A stretch of 64,000 bases of DNA, taken from NCBI GenBank assembly GCA_036721855.1, contig DAIMKF010000008.1, forward strand, positions 4,003 through 68,002, given 5' to 3'. The notes below the pieces were generated by a model that did no database searches, had not been told where the DNA came from, and was given only the letters and a program-made list of their open reading frames with translations. Source of the stretch: Bacillota bacterium. GTDB lineage: Bacteria; Bacillota; DTU065. Shown here piece after piece: positions 28,550 to 38,532 of this stretch (the stretch's first letter is position 1; each line of letters begins with the position of its first letter). The translations under genes were made by a program, and so were the position numbers.

Positions 28550-29869
28550 ATGACACAAGGAAGAATAAAAACTATGAAAAAGAGTAGCTATTGGTTTTTT
28601 CTCTTAGTTTTTCTCCTGTTATTTGGATCTGTGGTGGCTTCTGCAGTAGAATTAAGGGTTTGGATGGTAGGGGTCAGTAACGAGCAAGTAAAGATAATCA
28701 ATGATATTCTTGATGCGGATTTTACTCCCAAAACCGGTATTAAAGCTCGGATCGAACAACTGCCTTGGTCGGGATCTGACAATAGGATGTTACTGGCTGC
28801 TGCCTCGGGAGATACTCCTGATGTTGCTTTGATGAGTGGTCTTTTAGCAGCAGAGATGGGTATTCGCGGAGCAATGGTGGATTTAAAACAGGATTTTGGC
28901 GCGGACTTTAACAACCACATTAAGGATACTTTTCCAAATGCCTTTAGGACCTACGAATTTATGGGGGCAGTTTTTGGGGTACCATTTCAAATGGCAGTAT
29001 CCCCAATGGTCTATCGCCATGATATTTTAAAGGATTTAGGACTTGTCAAACCAGAGACTTGGGATGATATCCGCACCATGATTCCAAAGCTACAAGCTAA
29101 TCAGATGAATTTTGCTTTAGCTTATGGAATCGAAGCGGAATCTTTCAGAGATTTCCAGATGTTTCTCTGGCAAAATGGTGGCGATATGTACAGTCAGGAT
29201 CGTACTAAATCTGCTTGGGATACACCTCAATCGTTAAAGGCTTTCAAAGAATATACAGATTTATACAGAACTTACAAAATTCCTCAGGCACCTCAACATT
29301 TCGAATCATTCCGTCGCGGTGAATTACCAGTGGCTTGCATTCCTTGGTGGACATATGCCAACTATTCGATGGGTTTGCCCGAACTGGTTGGAAAATTTAG
29401 TTTATCGGTTGTTCCGGGGACAAAACGTGATGGTAAAATCTACCATACAAACTGGGCAGCCGGAACACCTCTGGCCATGTTTAAAAACACTAAGCATAAA
29501 AAAGAAGCCTGGACATTTATGAAATTTATGACTAGCGTTGATTTCCAAAAGCAGTATACCAAACTAATCTCTGAGAGAATCCCAGGCTCTATATACCTAC
29601 CATCTACCAGAAGTGCTTATTCTTATATGCCAATTCCAGAACAGCATCGGCAGGTATTTTTACAACAGGCTAACTATTCTATGACTCCACCGTTTGCTAT
29701 TGCCTCTGAAATGGTTGTAAACAGGTATATTGAATTTGCAATTAACAAAGTTGTAGTTCAGAAACTAAATACAGAAGAAGCTCTTCTAGAAGCAGCCAAA
29801 CAAATGAATAGTGATTTAAGAACCAGAATCGCAGATTATAACCGTTTCATTAAGAAGTACCAGAAATAA
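28550..29869 (+). CDS. ABC-type extracellular solute-binding protein (family 1), orphan paralog of 22896-24179
   Basis: Signal peptide ending ASA-VE. The shared N-terminal block DFTPKTGIK and the GDTPDV motif are also in the other SBP. No transporter partners adjacent. Confidence 0.75.
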   Translation: MTQGRIKTMKKSSYWFFLLVFLLLFGSVVASAVELRVWMVGVSNEQVKIINDILDADFTPKTGIKARIEQLPWSGSDNRMLLAAASGDTPDVALMSGLLAAEMGIRGAMVDLKQDFGADFNNHIKDTFPNAFRTYEFMGAVFGVPFQMAVSPMVYRHDILKDLGLVKPETWDDIRTMIPKLQANQMNFALAYGIEAESFRDFQMFLWQNGGDMYSQDRTKSAWDTPQSLKAFKEYTDLYRTYKIPQAPQHFESFRRGELPVACIPWWTYANYSMGLPELVGKFSLSVVPGTKRDGKIYHTNWAAGTPLAMFKNTKHKKEAWTFMKFMTSVDFQKQYTKLISERIPGSIYLPSTRSAYSYMPIPEQHRQVFLQQANYSMTPPFAIASEMVVNRYIEFAINKVVVQKLNTEEALLEAAKQMNSDLRTRIADYNRFIKKYQK

Positions 29870-30005
29870 ACGAAAAAAGAGAGGTCACCACAATATTTGT
29901 TAGGTGGCCTTTCTTTTATGTTTAAAATGTTTGTGTTAATATATAACATAAGGGGATAGGTAAAAAAGCTTAGTAGCTTTAATTGGTAGACAGGAGCTGA
30001 AAAGA

Positions 30006-30869
30006 ATGGCAACTAAAGAGCAAAAAGTTAAATCGGTGCTTTCTGTCTACCGCGAAAGAGATCCTCTTTATGGGTTTAGATATGTTGCCGATCCTTATGT
30101 TGGGTGTTCACATCAATGTCTGTTTTGCATATCTCCAAAACGTGAAGAAAACAAAGATGATATTCAAGTAAAGATAAACGCTGCAGAGGTTCTCTCGAGG
30201 CAACTTGTTAAAAAACAACGCGAAATTGTCGGCCTTGGACAAGGTTGCGATCCGTACATGCTTTTAGAAAAACATTATTTGATAACCCATGATATTCTCC
30301 AAGTCTTAGCAGTGCAAGGCTTTCCTGTGCATATAGTAACAAAAAGTAATATGGTACAAAGAGACCGTAAACTTTTACAGGAAATTCAAGAAAAGACAAT
30401 GGCTACGGTTACCTTCCAATTTGGTGCACCTTCCCTGGAACTGGCAAAAAACTTAGAACCAAATGCACCCTCACCCATTAAGCGCTTTAATGCTTTACAT
30501 AATCTAGCAACAAAAGGAATTAACTGTGGTATTGCTTTATATCCGATTTTGCCCTTTATAAGTGAATGGGGGCAGGGAATAAAACAATTGATCTTGGCAG
30601 CTAAAGAATCGGGTGCCAGCTATGTTTTAGCTGCACCTCTTACGACAAATACCAAATCCAGCAAAAAAAAATTTCTTACTTATCTAGAACAATATTACCC
30701 AGCATTACTGGATTCTTATCGTGATCTATATGGCAGAAAAGGCAAGGTGCCAGACTCTTATTGGCAACCGATAGATGAAATGATCAAAACCCTGACATAT
30801 GAACAGGGTATGGCCTATGAGCCACCATTTTGGTCTGAATTGCAAAAGAAACAACTTTCACTGTTTTAA
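30006..30869 (+). CDS. radical SAM protein, SplB/DNA-photolyase-like family
   Basis: CSHQCLFC (CxxxCxxC) near the N-terminus; 287 aa. Confidence 0.7.
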   Translation: MATKEQKVKSVLSVYRERDPLYGFRYVADPYVGCSHQCLFCISPKREENKDDIQVKINAAEVLSRQLVKKQREIVGLGQGCDPYMLLEKHYLITHDILQVLAVQGFPVHIVTKSNMVQRDRKLLQEIQEKTMATVTFQFGAPSLELAKNLEPNAPSPIKRFNALHNLATKGINCGIALYPILPFISEWGQGIKQLILAAKESGASYVLAAPLTTNTKSSKKKFLTYLEQYYPALLDSYRDLYGRKGKVPDSYWQPIDEMIKTLTYEQGMAYEPPFWSELQKKQLSLF

Positions 30870-30898
30870 AAAAGAGGGGGTAAAGAGCCTCCTCTTTT
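30870..30898. terminator. bidirectional terminator
   Basis: AAAAGAGGGGG-taaagag-CCTCCTCTTTT. Confidence 0.6.
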
Positions 30899-30899
30899 A

Positions 30900-31103
30900 T
30901 CATGATGCAGCATGATCCCCTTTTTTATCTTTATGGTCAGTAACATAAAAACCATTAGTTTTGTAAATAACACCTAAACCACCGGAGATTACTCTTTTGA
31001 CTGGTTCTTGGCAGGTCGGACATCTTTCAAGTGGTTTATCTGTTATTTGCTGAGAAACTTCAAATTTCCCACACTTTAAACATCTGTAGACATAGGTGGG
31101 CAT
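30900..31103 (-). CDS. FmdB-family zinc-ribbon protein
   Basis: MPTYVYRCLKCGKFE ... CPTC pattern. True start is ATG 31103 after GGAGG. The track's longer ORF is an upstream extension. Confidence 0.8.
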   Translation of the reverse strand: MPTYVYRCLKCGKFEVSQQITDKPLERCPTCQEPVKRVISGGLGVIYKTNGFYVTDHKDKKGDHAAS

Positions 31104-31272
31104 AATAACACCTCCAAAATATGGGCTATAGTTTTTAATTAAAATGAAGGGGCAAATGCATTTAGCACTAAAGCCCCAACACCTAAAGACTATATTAGTA
31201 TGATCGGAGCAAAAAGGCAAGAGTAGATCTCGGTTCAGGTAAAATCAAAGCATAGGTATCAAGGTAAGTTTG

Positions 31273-32127
31273 TTAATAACAAGCTTTTTTAACATGTTGC
31301 ATATAAGTTTGCCACAATTTAGAAGCTACTGGTCCGGGTACACCACTACCTATTTTACGACTATTAATTTCAGTAACACTAAGAAGTTCAAGACCGGTAC
31401 TTGCTAGCATTACTTCATCAGCTTCAAGGACTTCCGAGAGGGATAAAACTTTTTCTTCAACCTCAAAATTGCATTCGTAAGCGACCTCGATAATTTTACC
31501 TCTGGTAATCCCAGGAAAAATATAAGGAGATAGTGGGGGTGTAATAAGTTTATTATCTTTGAAATAAAAGATATTACTTGATCCACCCTCAACAATACCT
31601 ACACCGGCTCTATCATAGAGAACATCATCAACATTATGATCTTTAGCAGTTTGCTTGGCTAAAACATTGGCCAAAGCACTTAAGGCTTTGATATCACAGT
31701 GGAGCCAACGAATGTCCGGGATAGTGATTACACGGGCACCTTTTTCTCTTACCTGATCAGAGGGTTTGGCAGAGGGCTGAGTGTTCATAACCAGTGTAGG
31801 CTTAATATTCTCCGGAAATGAATGCTGTCTTACAGCTCTACCTCTAGAGATTTGCATATAGATATAATCATCCCTGAGATTGTTTCTAAGAGCAGTTTCT
31901 TTGGCAACTTCTATCAGTTCTTCCTTAGACCAAGGAAGTTCAATTCTAATAACACAAGCACTTTCAATTAATCGTTCAACATGTTCTTCAAGAAGAAAGG
32001 GATGGCTATTATACCAATGCACAACTTCATAGACGCCATCTCCAAAGTTAAAACCTCTATCTTCAGCAGAGATATAAGCCTTACTTGCCGGAACAAATTG
32101 CCCGTTAATAAAAAATATACGTTCCAC
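31273..32127 (-). CDS. class IV aminotransferase (D-amino-acid / branched-chain type)
   Basis: EDRGFNFGDGVYE block. GTG start at 32127, 8 nt after GGGGGAGGAA. Confidence 0.8.
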   Translation of the reverse strand: MERIFFINGQFVPASKAYISAEDRGFNFGDGVYEVVHWYNSHPFLLEEHVERLIESACVIRIELPWSKEELIEVAKETALRNNLRDDYIYMQISRGRAVRQHSFPENIKPTLVMNTQPSAKPSDQVREKGARVITIPDIRWLHCDIKALSALANVLAKQTAKDHNVDDVLYDRAGVGIVEGGSSNIFYFKDNKLITPPLSPYIFPGITRGKIIEVAYECNFEVEEKVLSLSEVLEADEVMLASTGLELLSVTEINSRKIGSGVPGPVASKLWQTYMQHVKKACY

Positions 32128-32378
32128 GAAAAATTCCTCCCCCAACCGATATTTAATCTTCCTATTACATATTCTGCCCAAAACATCAAGCTTCCTTGTT
32201 AACCAAACTCCAGAATAGCCCTTTTTAAGTCATTTGGCAACTTTTTGATTTCAGGTTAGTTTAGTAGTTTAGTAAGCATATGAAGGGATTATTCTTGTTG
32301 CAAAAAGTGTTTTTGGCAGGAAAGGTCTTTTGGCTGTTAAAGAATATACCAATAGCTTTATTATTTGGAGGTAAGACA

Positions 32379-33404
32379 ATGAAACGTTCTTTTTTAATAG
32401 CCCTTATTCTTCTTTTAAGTATCAACATTGTAGCTAACGAAAAACTTAATTTAGCATCTATTTTTGAAGGCGGTACAGTTCTCTTTAGTGATCCTCCTAA
32501 AGATAGCTTAGCCTTAAATACAATAATCGATGGGGTTATAGGTACCGGTGGATTAGTGTTTACGGTTTCACCCAATAGTGTGGGCACCATATTAATGGAA
32601 TTAGGTGGCAAGAGTATTAATAAAGTTGAAGAAGTTATTATAACTGCAAAGGTACCGGTATGGCAAAGTAATCAGGCCTGTGAAATAAAAATCTGGACAG
32701 CAGTTAAACAAGAAGGACCTTTTCTGGAAGTTGGAAGTCTATATTTAGCTTATTCAGGAGTTTTAGGTACGGTCTTTGAACAACAAAACGCTAAGTATAT
32801 TTTGCTCGAGGTAATCTCACATTCTAAAACCCCGGAAAATATTGTTATCGAGGAAATAGAGGTCAATGGAGTACCTTTTTTGGAGCAAGATATAGAGAAA
32901 GAACGTGCAGTTACAATAGATAAAATTAACCTCTTTGATCATCTCGGGATGGAAGTATCCTGGAGTATTACAGATTTTCAAGTGATAACTCCAAAACCTT
33001 ATCTATCTGTGGATGGCTATGCTAAAATAGAGGTTAAAACAAGCGATATTAAAGTAGCATTTAATGCTGATGGTACATTGGCCAGAAGTATTAACCTTTC
33101 GGGACAGTTATCTATTCCCAAAGGTTGGGAACGTTTATTCCTTCCTGAGACCGTCTATGTACGTTGTTATTTCCAAGATAAAGATAAAGAGTGGTTAATA
33201 GGAAGTAAAACTGTATTTTTAAATGAATTGACCAACAAAGTCGAGTTAACTCTTTCTTTGGGGAAAAATCGGAGTTGGCCTCAAGGGAAATATAGACTTG
33301 AGTTATTTGTTAATGATGCTTTGCCGCTATCTCAGTATTTTTGGATAGAGGAGGAAAAAGAGAATGTTGATTCTTCCATGGTTAGTACCGGAGGATCAAA
33401 CTAG
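32379..33404 (+). CDS. secreted hypothetical protein with galactose-binding-like N-terminal domain
   Basis: Signal peptide starting at ATG 32379 (GGAGG RBS). No recognised catalytic motif. Confidence 0.45.
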   Translation: MKRSFLIALILLLSINIVANEKLNLASIFEGGTVLFSDPPKDSLALNTIIDGVIGTGGLVFTVSPNSVGTILMELGGKSINKVEEVIITAKVPVWQSNQACEIKIWTAVKQEGPFLEVGSLYLAYSGVLGTVFEQQNAKYILLEVISHSKTPENIVIEEIEVNGVPFLEQDIEKERAVTIDKINLFDHLGMEVSWSITDFQVITPKPYLSVDGYAKIEVKTSDIKVAFNADGTLARSINLSGQLSIPKGWERLFLPETVYVRCYFQDKDKEWLIGSKTVFLNELTNKVELTLSLGKNRSWPQGKYRLELFVNDALPLSQYFWIEEEKENVDSSMVSTGGSN

Positions 33405-34287
33405 CTTTTTAGCCTTGAAAAGGGCTTTACCATCTCTTGAACGAGTGAGTCCATGTTATTTGAGTATCAATGGAAAATTTGAATAAAAACATGCCAGTGA
33501 TCCAAATAGAAAAGAGCTTCTAGCATTAGGTTTAAAACTTATTCCCCTAGTTATCAATGAAGGCTTTAAACCCGAGGTAGCAGCTAATTTACTAGCAACT
33601 GCTAAGGCAAGAAAGAAAACGGCAGAAATCCTTACAGCCATAGTTTTAAATGAGGGTTATTTCGGCCTTAATGTCGATTTTGAAGGTCCTTTTGGGGAAT
33701 ATAGAGAGGAGTATACGGAGTTTATCAAGATTCTGGCAGAGCTTTTGCATGAAAATGACAAAGAAATATCTGTTGATGTTATTGCTCAAACTATAGAACC
33801 TTCTCCTGAACATTCCTGGGGTTATCCCTTTCAATATCAAGAATTGGGAAAGGTAGTCGATTACCTGATTATAATGGGATATGATTATGCCAGTGTTTTT
33901 AGTCCACCGGGGCCAGTGGCACCGAATGAATGGTTAACTGCAGTTAAAAAATATGCGCTTAGCCTGGTGCCACCACAGAAAATCATCTTAGGCTTACCAT
34001 TTTATGGTCGTCACTGGACAACAGCACCAGATGGGAAGCATTCCCAGGGCAGAGGTGTAACCTACAATCAAGCTATGGCTCTGGCCAAAGATTGGTCTAA
34101 AAAGCCAAATTTCCATGAATCCGGCTGTTTACACATTGATGTTAAGCAGCCAGATGGTAGTCGAGATCAGATCTTTTTTGAAGATAAGAATACTTTTCTG
34201 GAAAAGATTAAGATTGCACAAGGTATGGCTGGCATTGCTTTTTGGCGGCTAGGCCAGGAAGATGAAAGAATATGGGAATATTTCTGA
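33364..34287 (+). pseudogene. GH18 family glycosyl hydrolase interrupted by one in-frame TAA (33484-33486)
   Basis: A single frame reads MLILPWLVPED...INGKFE*KHASDPNRKELLALGLK...GLNVDFEG...IIMGYDY... GH18-like sequence continues across the stop. The track reports only the last 180 aa. Confidence 0.65.
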
Positions 34288-34325
34288 TTGTTAAAGAGCC
34301 CTTTTTAGGGCTCTTTAACAATCAG
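34284..34325. terminator. bidirectional terminator
   Basis: 18-bp inverted repeat CTGATTGTTAAAGAGCCC / GGGCTCTTTAACAATCAG spanning both stop codons. Confidence 0.6.
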
Positions 34326-35884
34326 ACGCTAACAGGTAGTAAACCCGGAGCTTTAATTTTACCTGTAAGGACTTCCCAGGCAGCTGACAGGGAAGGTTGA
34401 CGATAGCTGTAGGTAGTGATATAACCATCAACTAAATCCGAAAGAACTTTATATTCATATGGAGTTCTAAGCCCTACCGCAAAAACTCGTCCTTTTTGTT
34501 TCAAGGCTTTAATTATTGAAAGCTGTTCTGGATAACGATGGGCATCCATTGTTGTCACTACATATATTTCAGCATTTAAGGCCTGAAGTTTCTCTAGGTT
34601 AAGTTCATCCTTTCCAAAAGGAAGAACGAGAGATTGAGAGATATCTTCTTTGGCAGCATAACTTAAGGTAGTTGGATTTAAGGTAATATCTTCAGCAATG
34701 GTAATAGCTTTGGCCTGTAAATCGATGATAGCTATCTTACCCCTAAGCGGCAAGAGATTATCGCCTTTAAGAATGGTAACAGCACTTCTGGCAATAGTTT
34801 GGGCAATATTTAAGTTTTCCGGTGCTCTAAGTGATATAAAATCACATTGTTGCCAGTCTTGATCTATAATACCATAATCAATTTTAGCCTGAAGAATTCT
34901 CAGTACCGATTCATTGAGCCTTTCTTCGCTGATTCTTTTGGTATTTACTGCGTTTAATAGAGCATCAAAAGCTTCTAGTTGCAGTTTGGGTGTATGGCTG
35001 ATTAAAACCATGTCTGCACCGGCGGCAATAGTTCTAATCGCTCCTTCTACGGTACCATAGTTTTCGCTTATAGCCTTCATTTCCATACAGTCGGTAAGAA
35101 TTAAACCATCAAATTCTAATTCATCCCTTAGTAATCCGGTGAGTACATTTTTTGAAAGGGTAGCAGGGATGGTGGGATCTGGTTCTATGGCTGGAAAGGC
35201 AACATGAGCAGTCATGATAGCCCTTAATCCTTTTTGGATGGCCGACTTAAAAGGTATTAGTTCTACCTCGTGCAGACGTTTTGCAGGATGAGCTACAATC
35301 GGCAGGTTAAGGTGACTGTCCTGATCGGTATCACCATGACCGGGGAAGTGCTTCGCGGTTGCAATAACCATAGCATCTTGAAGGCCTAAAGCCAGTGCTG
35401 AACCGAGTTCAGAAACCAAGTTGGGATCTTCGCCAAAAGATCTAAGTCCAATAACAGGATTGTTGGGATTATTATTGACATCAAGTACCGGTGCCAAATT
35501 CATGTTAACTCCTAAAAGATATAGCTCTTCACCGGTAATTCTACCGGCCTGGTAGGAGAGAGTGGCTGATCTGGTAGCACCTAAGGCCATATTCCCGGGA
35601 AAGACTGTTACACCATCTGCAAGACGCATAACTGCTCCACCTTCTTGGTCAGTGGAGATAAAAAGGGGTAGTAAGCTTAGCTGTTGCAGTTTCAAACTAA
35701 GCTTTTTAACTTGGTCGGGGTTTTGAATGTTGCGACTAAAGTAGATGATCCCACCTGGTTTTATCTCATTTATTTGTCGAATGGTTTCTTCGCTAAGCTC
35801 AGCTTTTGGAATACCAATATGAAGCAATTGACCGACCTTTTCTTTTAAGGAGAGAGAGCTAAGCATCTCTTTAGCATTAGGCAA
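34322..35884 (-). CDS. nagZ: GH3 beta-N-acetylhexosaminidase (NagZ-like) with C-terminal extension
   Basis: Blocks KEKVGQLL, DQEGG, KHFPGHGDT. TTG start at 35884 (alternative ATG at 35866). Confidence 0.8.
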   Translation of the reverse strand: MPNAKEMLSSLSLKEKVGQLLHIGIPKAELSEETIRQINEIKPGGIIYFSRNIQNPDQVKKLSLKLQQLSLLPLFISTDQEGGAVMRLADGVTVFPGNMALGATRSATLSYQAGRITGEELYLLGVNMNLAPVLDVNNNPNNPVIGLRSFGEDPNLVSELGSALALGLQDAMVIATAKHFPGHGDTDQDSHLNLPIVAHPAKRLHEVELIPFKSAIQKGLRAIMTAHVAFPAIEPDPTIPATLSKNVLTGLLRDELEFDGLILTDCMEMKAISENYGTVEGAIRTIAAGADMVLISHTPKLQLEAFDALLNAVNTKRISEERLNESVLRILQAKIDYGIIDQDWQQCDFISLRAPENLNIAQTIARSAVTILKGDNLLPLRGKIAIIDLQAKAITIAEDITLNPTTLSYAAKEDISQSLVLPFGKDELNLEKLQALNAEIYVVTTMDAHRYPEQLSIIKALKQKGRVFAVGLRTPYEYKVLSDLVDGYITTYSYRQPSLSAAWEVLTGKIKAPGLLPVSV

Positions 35885-36031
35885 CTATACCCTGCTACTT
35901 GTATATCCGCCAATTATATGCTTTTTGCCAAAAAGCAATTTAGGCATTACTTTGAAGTAGCAGGTTCACCTCCTTTCAGACCTAAGAGCAGGAATTGAAT
36001 TTTCATTTACTACCCTCACATATCTTGGGTT

Positions 36032-37966
36032 TTACGAAAATGATATCGCTTTAGTGTAAGCCAAAAGACCACCTTTTGTTACAATGTTTAGTTGACGCTT
36101 ACTTAAATTAACCACTAGCTTGATTTCGTTTCTAGTTCTTTGGTTTGTGAGACTAACTTCACCTTGTTGGAGGGATTGTTGGAGGTTATTAAATACCAAC
36201 AAATCGTTTAAGCATACGGTATCATAATCAGAGGGATTTAAAAACTCTAAAGGGAGAATGCCAAAGTTGATTAAATTTGACTTATGAATCCGAGCAAATG
36301 ATTTAGCAATAACAACTTTAACACCTAGATACATAGGTGCTAAAGCCGCATGTTCACGGCTGGAGCCTTGACCATAGTTAGAACCACCGATAATAAGACT
36401 TTGTTTGGCATCTTTGGCTCTAGAGGCAAAATCAGGATCAATGCTGTTAAATACATATTCGCTAATGGCTGGGATATTTGAACGCAAGGGAAGAATCTTA
36501 GCTCCTGCCGGCATAATATGATCGGTTGTTATATTGTCGCCTACCTTAATAACCACTGGCAGATGCAATTGATCTAAAAGAGGTTCTCCAAGGGGTACGG
36601 GTTTGATGTTAGGGCCACGAACTACTTCAACCTCAGCAGGCGTTTTAAAAGGAGGAAGAATCAGATGATCATCAAGGAGATACTTTTTTGGTTGACTTAC
36701 CGGAATATATAAACCAAGTGTTCTGGGGTCTGTAATTTTACCGGCTAGAGCCGAAGCGGCTGCGGTTTCCGGACTTACAAGATAAACCAAAGCATCCTTT
36801 GTACCAGAGCGGCCTTCAAAGTTACGGTTAAAAGTACGCAAGGATACCGCTTTGCTTTTTGGGGCTTGCCCCATGCCTATGCACGGTCCACAAGCTGATT
36901 CTAAGATTCTTGCACCAGATGAGATCAGTTCAGCTAAAGCACCATCGCGAGCTAGCATCTCCAGCACCTGTCTTGAACCGCAGGAGATAACCAGACTGAC
37001 ATTGGGGTGAATAGTTTTGCCTTTCAGTATTTCAGCTACCCGCTTCATATCGGTAAACGATGAATTAGTGCAACTGCCGATAGCTACTTGGTCAACCTTG
37101 AGATCTATATTTTTAACAGGTTGAATATTGTCCGGTGAGTGAGGACAGGCAGCCAGGGGTTCTAATTTAGCTAAATCAATTTCAATGATCTCATCATAGG
37201 TCGCATCTTTATCGGCTGAAAGTTCCACAAAATCATTCTCTCGCCCTTGAGCCTTAAGAAAAAGTCTTGTTATTTCATCTGAGGGAAAGATTGATGTAGT
37301 TGCGCCAAGCTCTGCTCCCATATTGGTAATGGTTGCTCTTTCCGGTACAGTTAAAGTGGCTACCCCCTCGCCACCATATTCTATGATTTTATTGACACCG
37401 CCTTTTACTGTTAACAAGGAAAGGAGGTGTAAGATGATATCCTTGGCGGAGACCCAAGGTTGTAAACGATTTTTTAGTTCAATCCGTACAATTTTGGGCA
37501 TTGTTAGATAAAAAGCCCGACCAGCCATTGCCACAGCAACATCTAAGCCACCTGCTCCAATTGAGAGCATACCTATACCACCGTTAGTCGGTGTATGACT
37601 ATCAGAACCTAATAAAGTCTTACCTGGTTTACCAAACCTTTCGAGATGGACCTGATGGCAGATGCCATTGCCTGGTTTGCTAAAATAAATCCCATATTTA
37701 GCAGCTACGGTTTGTAAGAAAATATGATCGTCAGCATTTCTAAAATCAGATTGTAAAGTATTATGGTCAACATAACTAACTGACAACTCTGTTTTTACCT
37801 TGGGGATTCCCAGAGCTTCAAATTGAAGATAAGCCATAGTACCGGTAGCATCCTGGGTCAGAGTTTGATCGATCTTGATAGCGATCTCTGTACCTGTTAT
37901 CATATCTCCAAAAGCAAGATGTGATTTAATAATTTTTTGCGTTACATTTAAGCCCATTCGTTGCAC
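36032..37966 (-). CDS. aconitate hydratase
   Basis: 644 aa. Blocks GSDSHT, IGSCTNS and CGPCIGMG for Fe-S cluster ligands, plus a swivel-domain C-terminus. Confidence 0.9.
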   Translation of the reverse strand: MQRMGLNVTQKIIKSHLAFGDMITGTEIAIKIDQTLTQDATGTMAYLQFEALGIPKVKTELSVSYVDHNTLQSDFRNADDHIFLQTVAAKYGIYFSKPGNGICHQVHLERFGKPGKTLLGSDSHTPTNGGIGMLSIGAGGLDVAVAMAGRAFYLTMPKIVRIELKNRLQPWVSAKDIILHLLSLLTVKGGVNKIIEYGGEGVATLTVPERATITNMGAELGATTSIFPSDEITRLFLKAQGRENDFVELSADKDATYDEIIEIDLAKLEPLAACPHSPDNIQPVKNIDLKVDQVAIGSCTNSSFTDMKRVAEILKGKTIHPNVSLVISCGSRQVLEMLARDGALAELISSGARILESACGPCIGMGQAPKSKAVSLRTFNRNFEGRSGTKDALVYLVSPETAAASALAGKITDPRTLGLYIPVSQPKKYLLDDHLILPPFKTPAEVEVVRGPNIKPVPLGEPLLDQLHLPVVIKVGDNITTDHIMPAGAKILPLRSNIPAISEYVFNSIDPDFASRAKDAKQSLIIGGSNYGQGSSREHAALAPMYLGVKVVIAKSFARIHKSNLINFGILPLEFLNPSDYDTVCLNDLLVFNNLQQSLQQGEVSLTNQRTRNEIKLVVNLSKRQLNIVTKGGLLAYTKAISFS

Positions 37967-38070
37967 CTCCCGGAAAAAGATTGTTTTTATAATTTTACCT
38001 GAGAAAGGGCATACTTCCTATCCCTAAAAAGTGTATACTTGATTAAGAGAAATATTTAGGAGTGAGATCT

Positions 38071-38532
38071 TTGGAAATAGCTCTTTTTGAGCCTGAGATT
38101 CCTCAAAACACAGGTAATATAGCACGTCTTACAGCTGCTAGTGGAGTTAGTCTTAATTTAGTTGGTGCTTTGGGCTTCCATCTTAGTGATAAGCTTGTTA
38201 AAAGAGCAGGTATGGATTATATTAATTTAGCTTCTATCGAGCGAACTCTTACTCTTGAGGAGTTGTACCAGAAAAAGAAAAGTGGGCGTATTTGGCTTGC
38301 AACTACCAAAGGCACCCAGCGTTACAGCGATGTGGAATATAGCATGGAAGATACTATAATGTTTGGTCCTGAAAGCCGTGGACTTCCTAAAGATTTGCTT
38401 AATGCTCACCCCAATGATTGCATCCGAATTCCTATGTTTGAAGAGATTCGCTCATTGAATTTAGCTACCTCTGTAGCGATAATTCTCTACGAAGCTCTAA
38501 GGCAGCTAGATTTCCCTAGACTTTTTCCTTAA
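38071..38532 (+). CDS. trmL: tRNA (cytidine/uridine-2'-O-)-methyltransferase TrmL (SpoU family)
   Basis: EPEIPQNTGNIARL and SLNLATSVAI motifs. TTG 38071 has better spacing to AGGAG than the track start at 38062. Confidence 0.8.
   Translation: MEIALFEPEIPQNTGNIARLTAASGVSLNLVGALGFHLSDKLVKRAGMDYINLASIERTLTLEELYQKKKSGRIWLATTKGTQRYSDVEYSMEDTIMFGPESRGLPKDLLNAHPNDCIRIPMFEEIRSLNLATSVAIILYEALRQLDFPRLFP

Noticed and set aside
32261-32611. 116-aa minus-strand ORF
   Set aside because: It is antisense to the start of the secreted protein gene and its upstream region, with no RBS.
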